From: Catajapyx aquilonaris
Lineage: Eukaryota
Length of the DNA: 60,184 bases
Direction of reading: 5' to 3'
Assembly: GCA_000934665.2 (NCBI GenBank)
Contig: JYFJ02002255.1
Location: forward strand, 1 to 60,184
Shown here: piece by piece, positions 10,746-22,874 of the stretch
Position numbering within the stretch: the stretch's first letter is position 1
How the letters are laid out: every line of letters starts with the position of its first letter
Notes under the pieces: generated by a model
Told to the model about the DNA's origin: nothing
Database searches by the model: none
Seen by the model: the letters and a program-made list of their open reading frames with translations, nothing else
Program-made: the position numbers and the translations under genes

Positions 10746-10971
10746 TAAATCAAGCCAAACCAAATTCCCAATCCGTCACACAGATATCTTCCGCCTTCAA
10801 AAGACATCTCTAAAAAAAAGAAATAATTGCCATTTGTTGCTTTCTGCAGGTTTTATTAATCCTCAATAGGCAAGAAAAGTTCACTCTAAACATTAGCATA
10901 ATAAATATGCGTCAAGCTGAGTTGTTCCATCACTGGTTTGAAGGTATGTGTAGATGCGTGACATGGCAAAT

Positions 10972-11413
10972 CTATTCCATCTTCATCCTCTTTGTTGGGC
11001 CGTACTCATCGGGATCTGGCTCATCCCCATCATTGGTGTTCTGCTCTCCACTGCCATCCTCCACGTCCATCTCTTCCTCCTGGTTGGTAATGTTGTCTGC
11101 TTCCAGGTTTATGGCTGCTCCTTGTGGAGGCTGCAGGGGTGGGTTCACGACGGTACTATCTTTATTGTCTTCATTTGCCTCCTCGGCATCACAAGCCTGA
11201 TTGGCGGTGGATGAGGGACCTTCTGGCTCGAGGAGGTGCATCACCGACCTTATTTGGTCCCTCACATGGTCGAGTACGGTAGTGCAGATATAGCGATTGC
11301 GCTGATAATTAGCGCAGGGTCACTATTTTCAAGCATATTTATCAGCAGTGACTGTAGGGCCTAATATAGGGAAATTGATTCTGGATTAAATCATTGGTAC
11401 TGCATTGTCACTG

Positions 11414-11468
<55 letters not shown>

Positions 11469-11804
11469 TATTGGTTCTTAAGACACACTCTGGACCTACC
11501 TCATAGGAGGGTTCGAATTTTCGTTGTTCTGACATCTTGAGTCTATGACAAGAACGACCGACCGCTATGGAATGAAAGATAGGTCTGCTTGTTGAGCTGG
11601 GTTGCCAGGCAACCGCAGTCAACAGCAGGGTGCCATCCGGGGACCATGTACTTGTAATACTCATTATTGCAGAGACAGGAAAATAACCTCTGCTTTCTTC
11701 ACGATTATGAGGCGAGAGTTTGGACAAACAGATGAATAGTGGGGTGACTTTCGTACAGTATACGTTTAGGTCCAGTTGCACCACCAGCAGGAAACGTTTT
11801 CCAG
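10972..11804 (-). pseudogene. Last two exons of the unknown gene, copy B (exons 11804-11500 and 11351-10972)
   Basis: Upstream exon is fully open (101 codons, ...STWSPDGTLLLTAVAW...). Donor GAG|GTAGGT. Last exon has a ~46 nt frameshifting insertion near its start, then ICTTVLDHVRDQI...YGPTKRMKME*. Confidence 0.7.
11414..11466. repeat. (ATT)n microsatellite in the intron of copy B
   Basis: About 17 units, where copies A and C have only ~3. Confidence 0.95.
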
Positions 11805-12439
11805 CTGGAAAAATGTATTATTCATTGTTGTTCTAGATAATAATTATACAACCGGACCTTTTTAATCATAGTGACTTTTCCTTTTGGATGAATAGTGGCG
11901 AATTTTATACGTAGCCTATCACCCGAGTGATTAGTCATTGTGGTTATCCTGTGTATTGGGCTACGACCAATGCTCAAGAGGCGCTCGGCTGGCGTTCCAG
12001 GTGCTTCAGTGTTGCTCCGAGACGTTCGGTGGTTCTCGAAGCATATTTTATTGCTGCATGAGTGACTAATCCCTCTATATCACCTGATATGCTCATTTAC
12101 TAATCCTCAGAGTGAGGTACTCGACATGAAACACGAATCTTGATTGTACTTATTCAACGTATAAAGCATCCTCTCTTTCTGCTTATATATCCGTGTTGAC
12201 TCATCGCCTAGGTAGTAGTTACCATAGTTTTCACTTTCCCCGTTCCCCCTTTCTCAGGGATTATCGTGGGATCGTGGCTGGATATTACATGTTTCAAGAC
12301 GACATTGGCGAAAAAAATGATCTGGAAAATTGTGATCTACAGATCCTAGATCCCGTGGAAAAGGTATCTAGATAGAGAAAAGGATACCCGAATTTAAAAG
12401 TATCTAGATCAGATCAAAGATCGTGGGTTTGGGGATATA

Positions 12440-13136
12440 CAGGGTGGTTGTAAAGTAACTGCCTATTGGAAATGTGTAATAAAATTGTCAAATATTGTTC
12501 GATTTTCATGAAACAAGTTTTATTCTGTACCTTACAATGGGAGAATTTAAACTCCCACCAGTATGCAACTCCACGGCCCCAGGTGGCAGCAGCAGTCCCG
12601 ATACCAGTAAAAATGGCGCAGCTGGCGTCCCGTTTTGAAGTCGGGGGTCGGTGGTTAAAGTGCAGAGATGGTGGCGATACATACACGGACCTCGTGCCAC
12701 AGTTCACCCGAGGACCATAAAGAACTGCCATTTGAAACTGATGAGCACGGGATCCGTGATGGACAGCCATAGGAGTGGTAGTCCGTCGACATCGAGGACA
12801 GAGGAAAACGTGGCACTGCGATGGTTCGCCCATATCAGCTTCGAATGGCAGTTCTTTATGGTCCTCGGATGAACTGTGGCACGAGGTCCGTGTATGTATC
12901 GCCACCATCTCTGCACTTTAACCACCGACCCCCGACTTCAAAACGGGACGCCAGCTGCGCCATTTTTACTGGTATCGGGACTGCTGCTGCCACCTGGGGC
13001 CGTGGAGTTGCATACTGGTGGGAGTTTAAATTCTCCCATTGTAAGGTACAGAATAAAACTTGTTTCATGAAAATCGAACAATATTTGACAATTTTATTAC
13101 ACATTTCCAATAGGCAGTTACTTCACAACCACCCTG
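12440..13136. mobile_element. Tc1/mariner-type fold-back MITE (~300 bp arms)
   Basis: TA-CAGGGTGGTTG...CAACCACCCTG-TA. Arms 12440-12742 and 12834-13136 are nearly identical; ~90 bp spacer. Confidence 0.92.
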
Positions 13137-14324
13137 TAGATCATTTTGATCTAGATCCTACCCAACACTGATTATGGAGTTAGCTGCTTTTGCTTGGGAG
13201 CTCCTCATTTCTTTTTCATGGACCTAAAGAATTTTCTGATATGTCTGGGAGAGAATTATTAAACTGAGCTTGACGTTATAAAGGGCATGGTCTTGATATT
13301 ATGAATCACTAACAGAAAAGCTATGGTCTGCCTGGAGAAAGAGTGAAAGTTGAAATGCCTGACTCCCACTCCTTCCTAAAATTTTAATTTTCTGTGGATG
13401 GCGAGTTGGTATATTTGAGGAGTTAAAATTTTTGCAGGTAAGGGCTATTCCCACACTCTGTAACAATAAAAATTATGGCTACTCCTTTGTGGGATACATG
13501 CGTATACGTGTATAGCAAAGGGAATAAGATTTTACTTGCTCTCTGCTTGGTATAATATATTGTTTAAAATTTCCCTGCTTTAAAGACTCTTTCCTCACCC
13601 GCCCAATCGCCCACGAATAGGAAATTGACTTTTTGCGACGTCCGCGAGAAAATAATATCACGAAAAGTTGGCATCACGCAAGACCGATTCAATTAAATTA
13701 ATTCAGCTCTCTTTCCATTGCCTCTTTGCATTATAAGTACAAGACTTCTGGCAGGGCACCAGTTTTAATAAATACAAATCTTCTCGTTCTGGGATACTGC
13801 ATTTAAATTGATCATTGGCGTCGAGACTTGGCAACTACTTGCGTTATGTAATGTTAATTATACTGCTTCTTAAGTACCAGTATAATGTACTAATTCTTGA
13901 CCAAGTGTAGGACAATGACAGATGCAGTTATTACATAAATTTAGCTATTTTATTCCGACCGTTCCGATTTCTAACTTTTAAACTTGACGAATAGCTTGGT
14001 GGGAGTATGAGCTGATGAAGTTTTTGCTCACCCTGTACACATGTCTATTAGACATATAATTTTTTGCCTTAAAAAACAGACTGATCTCTCAATCATACCT
14101 CGGAATAATTCGGCAAACCCCTCCCCTCCGTGTTTTATATTATATAATAACCCTCAATTAATATTTTGTGCCGGAATGTGACATTTTCAAGGGCATTTTG
14201 CAAGTGCGCAGTGATTTTTGGTATATTTCATTATTCATACACATGCTGCGAGGTTATTGTGACTAACCATTGAGGGCAAAAGGTGCAAAATCACTATGGG
14301 ATACAGGACATTATTTTCTCGATA

Positions 14325-14383
14325 TCATCGCTGACTACCCCTCATAGGGAAATGTCGTGTTGTTGTTGTTGTTGTTGTTGTTG
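14325..14383 (+). mobile_element. 3' end of a non-LTR retroelement with (GTT)n tail
   Basis: TCATCGCTG.CTACCCC...GGAAATGTCGTG followed by (GTT)n; a second copy lies at 34692-34749. Confidence 0.6.
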
Positions 14384-14622
14384 AGAGTTTATTTGATGGT
14401 TGAATGATCCCCTTATGGGATGAATTTTTCCAAATATTTCTCACAAGGAGACTATAAATTTTCTATCAAAAATTCACCTTCATGATCAGAAAGTACTGTT
14501 AGAGAATTATACACAGGGTGTTCTCTGCTCATCTTGACGATCCGAAGAGGAGAGCTGGGACACAGTCAATGGCTTATTCACCCCTGGCGATGTACACAAA
14601 GTCAGCGACATTATTTTATTAC

Positions 14623-14691
14623 AGGGAAAAGGATGGTCCAAACCATGTTCAGAGTCTGGACTGGAGTTCGAATGAGGACCAGGAATGACTA
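14623..14691 (+). repeat. Dispersed repeat fragment
   Basis: Matches 22807-22874 (ggatggtccaaaccat...ctggactggagttcgaatg..gaccagga.tgacta). Confidence 0.7.
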
Positions 14692-15036
14692 GTCCATCAA
14701 TTTTCTGATCGTCAACTTGGGAAGAGAAGCAAACTGTGTGTAATTACGTACTAATGCCAAGCTCAAGACTGAGCAAAATATTACTTTCGGGTTTTTAATT
14801 ATAGTTCTGATGGTGAATACTTGGTAAGATATTTTTTTTTCAAGTAGGCCTAGTTCTAATGATAATGAATTTTTTAAACTTAACTTATTTTATAAGTTCA
14901 AACACACACCACCTGTTTCTTATCTGATACTAATAATAATCAGTGAAAATGCAGTAAATAATAATTACAAGACCCGGTTGTATCTCCTTTATGAAAATAA
15001 TGAATAATACAACAATTTTGTTGGGCTCTTTTCCAG

Positions 15037-16129
15037 CTGGAAAACGTTTCCTGTTGGTGGTGCAATTGGACCTAAGTAGAGAGCCTTATTGAAGAAGAGA
15101 GTCGCCTACTTATTCAGTAAGGTCGTCTCTGATTGGCTGGAGTCATTTTGGAGTGTTTACGTGTCCTATGATGGCCTCCATTGTGAATTGCTATGGAAAC
15201 AGTATTATAAAACGGCGGAAACAGTGGCCGGCTCTGACGTCACGATCGATACTATCAATTGTATAGTTCAGCCCTTCTGGCTGCATCCAAATTGTACGAG
15301 GGCATTCGAATATCGTTCTTTCGGCCTCCATTTCCACAGTTTTATAATACTGTTTCCATTGCAATTCAAGATAGGACACGTAAAAAATTAATCCAGCCAA
15401 TCATATATACGACTTTACATAATAAGTTGGCGACTCTCAGTCTTCTTCAAGGCTCTCTAGACCTAAGCGTACGAAATTCACCCCACGATTCGTCTGTTTT
15501 GTTCGAACTCTCGCCTCATAATCGCGAATAAAGCATAGGTTATTTGCCAGTCTCTGTAATAATGAGTATATTTCATGGTCCCCGGTTGGCACCCTGCTGT
15601 TGACTGTGGTTGCCTGGAAAACCAGCCCAACAAAACGTCGCTTTTCATTTCAAATAGGTCAGAAGGTTTTGTTCCATCAGAATAAAGATGTCAGACAAAC
15701 GCGATGAGGTAGGTCCAGAGTGTGTCTTCAGAACAAATAATAATGAGTGGAAATGCGGTACCAATGATTTAATCCAGAGCCAATTTCCCTATATTACAGG
15801 CACTGCCGAGAGAAATCTGCACCCTCATGCTGGACTTTGTGGCCGACCAAGTGTCGATGTTGATGCGCCTAAGGGAGCAACAGTGTTCCACATCCAGCAC
15901 CTCCAACCAGGCTTGTCATGCCATGGAGGCAAATGAAGACGATGAGGAGAATGGTACCGTCGGGAACTCACCCTTGCTGCCTCCAGATGGAGCAGACAAA
16001 TTGCAAGCAAACATCCAGGAGGAGGAGGAGATGGACCAGGATGATGGTGAGGGGGAGCAGAACACCAATCCTGATGATGAGCTAGATCCTTATGAGTACG
16101 GTCCATCAAAGAGGCAGAAGATGGAATAG
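15037..16129 (+). pseudogene. Last two exons of the unknown gene, copy C (exons 15037-15708 and 15800-16129)
   Basis: Acceptor TTTTCCAG at 15036, donor GAG|GTAGGT at 15709, acceptor TATTACAG at 15799. Last exon is open to YGPSKRQKME*, with AATAAA at 16245. Upstream exon is disrupted by a MITE and TAA. Confidence 0.7.
15077..15459. mobile_element. hAT-type MITE (same insertion as 8553-8932)
   Basis: TAGAGAGCC...GGCTCTCTA with 8 bp TSD GACCTAAG (15069-15076, 15460-15467). Confidence 0.9.
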
Positions 16130-19100
16130 ATTCTCCATATCAAGCACATATACCTTCAAACCCGTGTGGTGGAACAACTACGCTTGACGCATTCTATTAT
16201 GCTCATGTGTACTTGAAGATTTATTGCCATTAATTTTGAGGCTTAATAAAACCTGCAAAAAATAACAAATGCTAATTATTTCTTGACATTTCAGTAATGT
16301 CTTTTTGAGGGCGGAAGATATCTGCGTGACGGATTGGGATTTGGTTTGGCTTGGTTTAATGGGGGAACCTAGGTAACTCAGGGCATGCGGTAAGGGGATC
16401 GGAGGATGGGAGAGAAGTAGGATAATTAGGTGACTCTTGGATGATGGTGTACTGTTTTTTCGGAATGTCCGACCTCACCCATGGATGGGAATTTGGACAG
16501 TGAAAGGAAATGGGACAGCTACCCTCCACGGACCGGTATCTTTAGTACAGCTAGTACTCATTAATAGCAATGTGCCAGTTCTGCCCGCATGGCTACTAGG
16601 ATACACCTAACAAATTGTTGAAATCTGGTATTGCTAAAGTCCGGCAAGGCAAGAGTATCATTCAATACTCTTAACCAAGGTCCTAAAATTTCTTTTATTT
16701 ATTTTCATAGGAACAACCGATGAGATGACTATGCGTAAACCAGATGCATGAACATATTGACCATGGCATGCAACTACACTTTTTACTCTTCTTTTGGCCA
16801 ACCCTTTTAGCAAGACAATATTTTGCTATACCGGTATTCGGTGTAATATATTAGAAAGGGGGGCGGGGGTGAACTGGACAAAAGAATCTTCAATGAAAGA
16901 GTAAATACAGCATGAACTCAAATGCCCCTAATACCGTAATAATACTATATTTCATAATTATCATAATACTGGAAATTTCATCCTTCAAACAAATCAGTAG
17001 GCTACATTTACTTACAGCCTGTTTTATGGCAGTATTTCTGCATGGATTGACCAGGACTTACCTACAAATCGGGACGTCAACACATTTTGGAAATATTCCG
17101 GAACGAAATCCCACCGAGACTAACGGTCAAAGTCAAAGTCATATCATAGAGTCAGTGAAGTACGAGAAAAGGTATCAGCCGAGTGTGTTACGAATGAGCC
17201 CTAAAAATATGCACATTTCCTCATAATTATGACAGCAACAAAAATGGTTTTTAATTAGTCCACGCACACTCTCTTAAACCCCCATTTTTAATCAAGTTCA
17301 TATAATACTCTATTCAATATTATCCTCCAATCGCAACATGCCCGTCAATCAAGAAGTTCATGGCTGTCAGTAAAAATATGTAGGGCCAACCCCGAATATA
17401 ATAAGCTCCGCTCTTGGGGATGCTGTATGTGAAAGAGAGAGGTGGGGAGGCAGGTGGTCTCCTCTGAGTCCTCTGTATACCCCCGCCCTCCTGCCTGCCC
17501 CGGGTAGGCCCTTATTCCACCCAGCCAATCAATACTCACGATGTGAATTAAGTCTCTTTCTGCCTTTCTGAACGCACATTGGCCATGCTCTCTCTCCACG
17601 CCATTCGCTGGCTTGCATTCTACTAGCTATTACTATGCAAATGCATCACCGCCACCTACCCCTCCTAACGGCCTATTAACAAGCCTACACCCCACCTACC
17701 CCTCTTCCTCAATTCCCCCCAACTTCCCTCCATATTTTTATTGCATTAGGAATTAGTGGCAGGGGGCTGCAAAGTTCTGGTCTAATGGGCCTTCATCTGC
17801 CCCGCGCCATTTGCTCCATCATCAAGTCATGTGAATCACGGTTTCCGAAGAGGAACCGGATTATCAGTTGGTAATCACATCTCTTGTTCGGCTGCTCAAT
17901 TTTCAAAGCACGTAATCAAGGTCCGTGCACTGCTCTCGACTGCGGTAATTCAAATGCCAGATTGGTACTGTATTACCCCCCAAAAATGAACTGATTTTTT
18001 TTTTTTTTTTTTTTTAAAAAAAGGTATTGAGTATGTCTTTAAGATTATCAGGTTATTTGCTATTTAATGTGGCTTTTTCTATGTTACATTGGCAAATTGC
18101 TGGATAAAAAGTGTTAGGAAAAAGAAAATCCCGTAAAAAAGGCCAAGTTCTCCTGACTGCTTGGCCGTCAAAAGTGGTGAGATCTGAAATACGTCCAAGT
18201 TCAACGTCGTTGTCAATTACTGGCATTCTCAACTTCTTCAACCTAAACCACTAACTTTGTTTTTCCAGGTCGACCTTAAGTTTAATCATCAAAAAATTTT
18301 AATGGAATTTCTCTTGCTGTAACTTGGCCATTGCTCTTAAAACATTGAAACAGTTGTAGAATTCAACAATTAGGAAAAAGAAAATGCTAAAATAGACTCA
18401 GGGCTGCCAATGCTAAGCTAATTTTCCCAAACTCTATAATTATTATTCACGCAACATCACGTGTCGAATTTTGTTTGGAAAATAATGTTGGCAGTCCTGA
18501 CGGTTTTTGTGGCTAAGTTATTTTCTCCGGGATATTTTAGTATATAACCTGTGGTGTGCCTTCTTTCTAAGCACTCGATGATACGCGGAAGCACTCTGCA
18601 TCGATTGCTGGCTTCCTAAATTAGCTATGATATGTCCCATTGTTTTACAGTGTTTTCAATGCAGTAGAGTCAACACTATATGCCAGATATTTGCCACTTT
18701 ATCACTTGGTTTGCACCAATTTGTGACGAGTCCTTCGCTTACTGTATTTTTTCACACACAAAATAAGTTTTGGCCAGACGTATCCTGAAGCTATACAAAA
18801 CCATAATTACTAGAGTGCTAATGGTTGCATAACATCAGGTTGGGTCACAGGTAAAAATTATTCCAAAGATTTGTCACTGGATATTTTATATTGCAAATAA
18901 ATGACATCGGCACATATTGGTACACCGTACATGGAAGCAAATATAAGCAACGGTATTGGTGCGGAAAGGGGCAGCTTTTTAGACGTCAATCAGAAAGGGG
19001 CCCTATAAGCACTCCCCCATTTTTTGGTGGCAAGAAAGCCTAACAAGTTTTGACAGCCTCCCGCACGGTTCTTTATTTATTTTATTTCCCATTATCCGCG

Positions 19101-19824
19101 GCCATCAACTTCTGACTTGTCTCCACAACAAAGAAAGTCCAGCAGACTCTGACGTGGAGAGGAAAAAAGGGACGGGGAAAGGATTTTCCAACTGAAAAGC
19201 CCTCTGGCTTCTTGGGGATCTGAATTAATTCTGTTTTCAGCACCTTTTCAACCAGTCACTCCTCACTTTGCTCGAGTCTTCATGTCTGCATGTCTGCATA
19301 GAAACCACTTCTCGACCCATCCCCAACATAGGTAGCAGCCTACGGTGAGGTGAGTACAGAAGATACCTTTTATACAGGGTACTCACATAGCGCACAATGT
19401 TATTTTGTGCTGTGTTGGAAAATGTCTATCATTCAATAACATGGCAACAATTCCGGGAGAAACATAAGGCAGAATGATACAATGTAGGATTTTAATGTTG
19501 AAAAGTGTCTATTATCCATTTTACTGTTAAAGATGAATTGAGGACCTGAATTATCTTATTGTAGAGACCACGATCCGCTTTGCACTGTAAGAGCATTTTA
19601 ATAATGACTGGCGTTACATGTGATTTTCACTACTCTAAACATTTAATACACATATTTACTCCCTTATTCCTTGCCTAATTAAGCCACCAAAACGCAGCCA
19701 GTAAAATGCAATTGATCATCCATATTCCCTTAAAAGCACACACGCACATAAATAATTTATTGTTAACATTCCTGTCCGACCTAAAACTACAGTAGAAAAC
19801 AGATCTTAATAATTATTTTACTTT

Positions 19825-20001
19825 ACCGAAGGCAGGTTGATGTAGTGGTTAAGGAGCTGCTAATCGGGAGGTCCTGTGGGTTCGAATCCCGGGGTCCATG
19901 ACCCAGGCCGTGCTTTTCTGTGGTTTTCCATGGTCCCCACAGGATAATTCCTGGGTCGCTTCCGTAAAATAGGCCACAGACGCTTCCTTCCTTCCCTATC
20001 C
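19825..20001 (+). mobile_element. tRNA-derived SINE, 5' half
   Basis: TGATGTAGTGG A box, CTGCTAATCGGGA, GGTTCGAATCC B box; body matches the 6437-6831 family. Confidence 0.82.
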
Positions 20002-22806
20002 TTGGCCCCACCCATGTATGAAGATAGTTTCAGAAAAAATTGAGTGGTAGCCTAAAATGGAGGTATTCCACCCCCCCCCCCCTAATGGAGCGCCGATTCT
20101 CCCAATGTGATAATATACTTTTTTTGAATGATTTTACTTTTGCCTCTCTGTACATGAAGAAAAATTGAAAGTGCCCCAAGTTTCCCTCCACTTAGTCGAG
20201 CTTCTTTGTGCGTGAGCAAAACTCTGCTCGGCCAGGAGGCTCAGAGTGCCAGAGCTTCCCTTAGTTTCTAAAATGTCTTTGGATCGAGATGTCTGTGTAA
20301 GACAGAAGAAAGGCATAATACGGCTGGTTGGAATTGTCACTCACAGCCCGGAAGTGTTTACCTAGGAAAAAAAGTAAGTCCCCCCTAGAAGAGGAGCTTT
20401 TAAACGCGTAAGCGTTAGTTGTCTCGAACTGGCTGAGAAGCATGGCAAAAAGGGGGAGAGTCTAGCGAGGCAGGCAGGCAGGGCAGAGACGCGTTATGGA
20501 AAATGCACTGCTTTTGACAGTGGTTTGGAAAGGCTGGGATTTTCCTCCTCCATCAGGCCCATGGAGGGTGGTGGTAGGGAAGAGAGAGAATCGAGCGGGG
20601 AGAAGTGGGGGATGGCAGGGAGGCAGGCAGGCAGCAAGGGGGGAGGGGGGGGGGGCGCACAAAAAAATAATAATAATGGGAGAGGAGAATCCACAACTGC
20701 CACGAGCAGCGGCGGCGGAATTGCAGCTCTTATCTGCAAATCGGTTGGTTATTATCTTGAAAATGTGGGAGAAGGCAGAGCGAGTTGGAAATGTTGCTGA
20801 TTTGTGGGGCTGATTGGGTTAGGGAAATAAGCGGAGCGGTGAATGGTGCACGACGCTAAGGACGAATAAAATCTCATCTGCATGAATGGGAATGCTAATG
20901 GTTCCCGCTGGCGCCAATGGGGAAGCCCTAGCGCCGCCTGCAAAAGGGCCATTAACGACACTTTCGTTTGTGCTCACAACGGGATGAATAGGCAGCCAGA
21001 CATATCCACTGTGTGCTGCTTGCCTACGGAATTTACCATCGGCCCTTCCTGCCTCCAACGGCCTCTATCTGTCTACTGCTGCTGCCCCCGGACGCTTTTG
21101 CCTCGTTAATCTGCATTCACCCTGGTTACTGCAGCATCCTGCTGCTTCTCGCTGATTCCACGCCTTGCCCACAACCTGCTTAGCACACACCATTCTGACG
21201 GTACACAGCCACAGGACCTAAAAATCAGAGAGAGGGGCCTACAGGCAAAACCAAATGAGGTTGTCCATACAACCGGATACAGTTCAAATTTTGAATAGGT
21301 GCATGCCTTGGTTTTCATGGACTGCCCTGTGATTGAGGACTTGTGTGCTGAGTTGAAATTTTGCAGTGGAAACTGGATTTGATGGCCATGTAAATTTACA
21401 TATGTTGCCTGCTACAAGCGTGGAACACCCATGTACAGGATGGGGTGAATGGCAATAAAAATAAGCACAATTTATAGCATAATTATTCCTAGCATATATG
21501 CGTAAAAATGCTGGGATAAAATGCAGTGGTGCATGCATTAGCCATCAGGTAGCTATTGTGTTGGAGCACACGAGCTAGAGAACTGCCGAATTCGTTCCTG
21601 AGTGTGGTCGCATGAAAAAAAGCTGGACTCGTGAAACTGTCACAACGTGCCAGGCAGGTAACCACAGAGTGCATGCCGGGGCCCAATTGCTCTTGCCAAA
21701 ACTGTTGGAGAGGCAGCCACTACCCACCAAAACCTCGCTAAAAACCCCATGTCCTCAACTCATGTAATGCTCGCAGCATATATCCACTACACATTTCTTT
21801 ATTATGCAAGCCATTCATTAACTTTTTTTTGCGAGGCTTTAAGGCCACTGGCTATGCCATGTGATGAGAATGACATACAGGGTCCCATAAAAAAATTGTA
21901 TCCGCTACTGCCTTCAAAAGTATCAGAATTTTGGGAACAAGTTGAAGAGGCAAAAATTAGGCTGAGGACCAGGTTAGTCGATATCTGCGAAAATGGAGCC
22001 ACGGACCACGGGGAAGGGCTTGTGGCAGTGATTGAAGGACCAGAGTGGGGGCCTACCTCTCCACCCTCTCCATCCTCCCCATCTCTCCCCTTTTATTTCT
22101 CATTAGGGCCCATTTGTCAGCGCCAATGGGGACCCCCGCGTGGCAATGGGCGCAAATTGAAGGACAGGCCGTGCATCCGGAGACTCCCCTCCCAACACCC
22201 CCTTCACCCCCGCCATTGGCTTTTAGTGATTGCAATAAGTGTAACTTTGGCCACCCAGAGCTCGGTGCCGAATTGGGCTAAAAGCCCGCCTGATTGGACC
22301 TGTCAGATACACAGCTTCCCCCCCAGGACCCCCCCTCAATCTCTCAATCCAAAGCCCCAAGACTCGTGCGACGTGCTGCTACTGCTGCATTTTCTCCTTT
22401 TTGCAACAGGGCTTTCACTTTTCTATGGCTAAAAAAATATATTAGTTTTTTTTCCAATTCGCAACACTAGCAAGGAATGTTGTGCGTTATAAATACAGTG
22501 TTAAATTATTATTAGGAATGTTTAGACATAAAGAGAGTTTCAAATTATTGGATTATTATATATATTCTGCATTTTCAATAAAAGGTGAGAGAGAATCAAA
22601 CTTGCTGTTATATTATAAAAGCGTAAGTATGATAAAAATTAAAAGTGGCATCTACTACTTCATAGCTGACTACTTATATGTGACGATTGATGATAAAACA
22701 CTCGGAATAGAAACGGCTGCATTTTAAAAATTTTGTTGAATAAATAATATTACAGGGAGTTTCTCTGCCCAAGCTGTTCGATTAGTCACCCCTCCGAGAT
22801 GTAAAA

Positions 22807-22874
22807 AGGGAAAGGATGGTCCAAACCATATGACGAGACTGGACTGGAGTTCGAATGCAGACCAGGAGTGACTA
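22807..22874 (+). repeat. Dispersed repeat fragment
   Basis: Matches 14623-14691. Confidence 0.7.

Larger units (their letters stand above)
10329..11855 (-). repeat. Copy B of the local duplicated unit
   Basis: Direct repeat of copy A, more diverged from A and C than they are from each other. Confidence 0.88.
14878..16807 (+). repeat. Copy C of the local duplicated unit
   Basis: Inverted relative to A and B; shares the hAT MITE insertion with A. Confidence 0.9.

Noticed and set aside
12738..12810. CTGATGAG followed by a small stem in the palindrome spacer, resembling a hammerhead ribozyme core
   Set aside because: The stem is not followed by GAAA, and no stems I and III with a cleavage triplet could be built.
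12414..13171. Mirror-image ORFs (84, 73, 64 aa) on both strands
   Set aside because: They are a by-product of the palindrome and show no recognisable protein motif.
18399..18499. CAGGGCTGCCAA...TTGGCAGTCCTG hAT-like ends
   Set aside because: Only a 12 bp imperfect match and no TSD; plausible but not supportable.
19825..19895. Possible tRNA gene
   Set aside because: No complete cloverleaf, and it continues into the SINE body shared with other copies.
21749..22432. 227 aa ORF
   Set aside because: No domain, low-complexity composition, no supporting splice structure; likely a chance ORF in GC-rich non-coding DNA.
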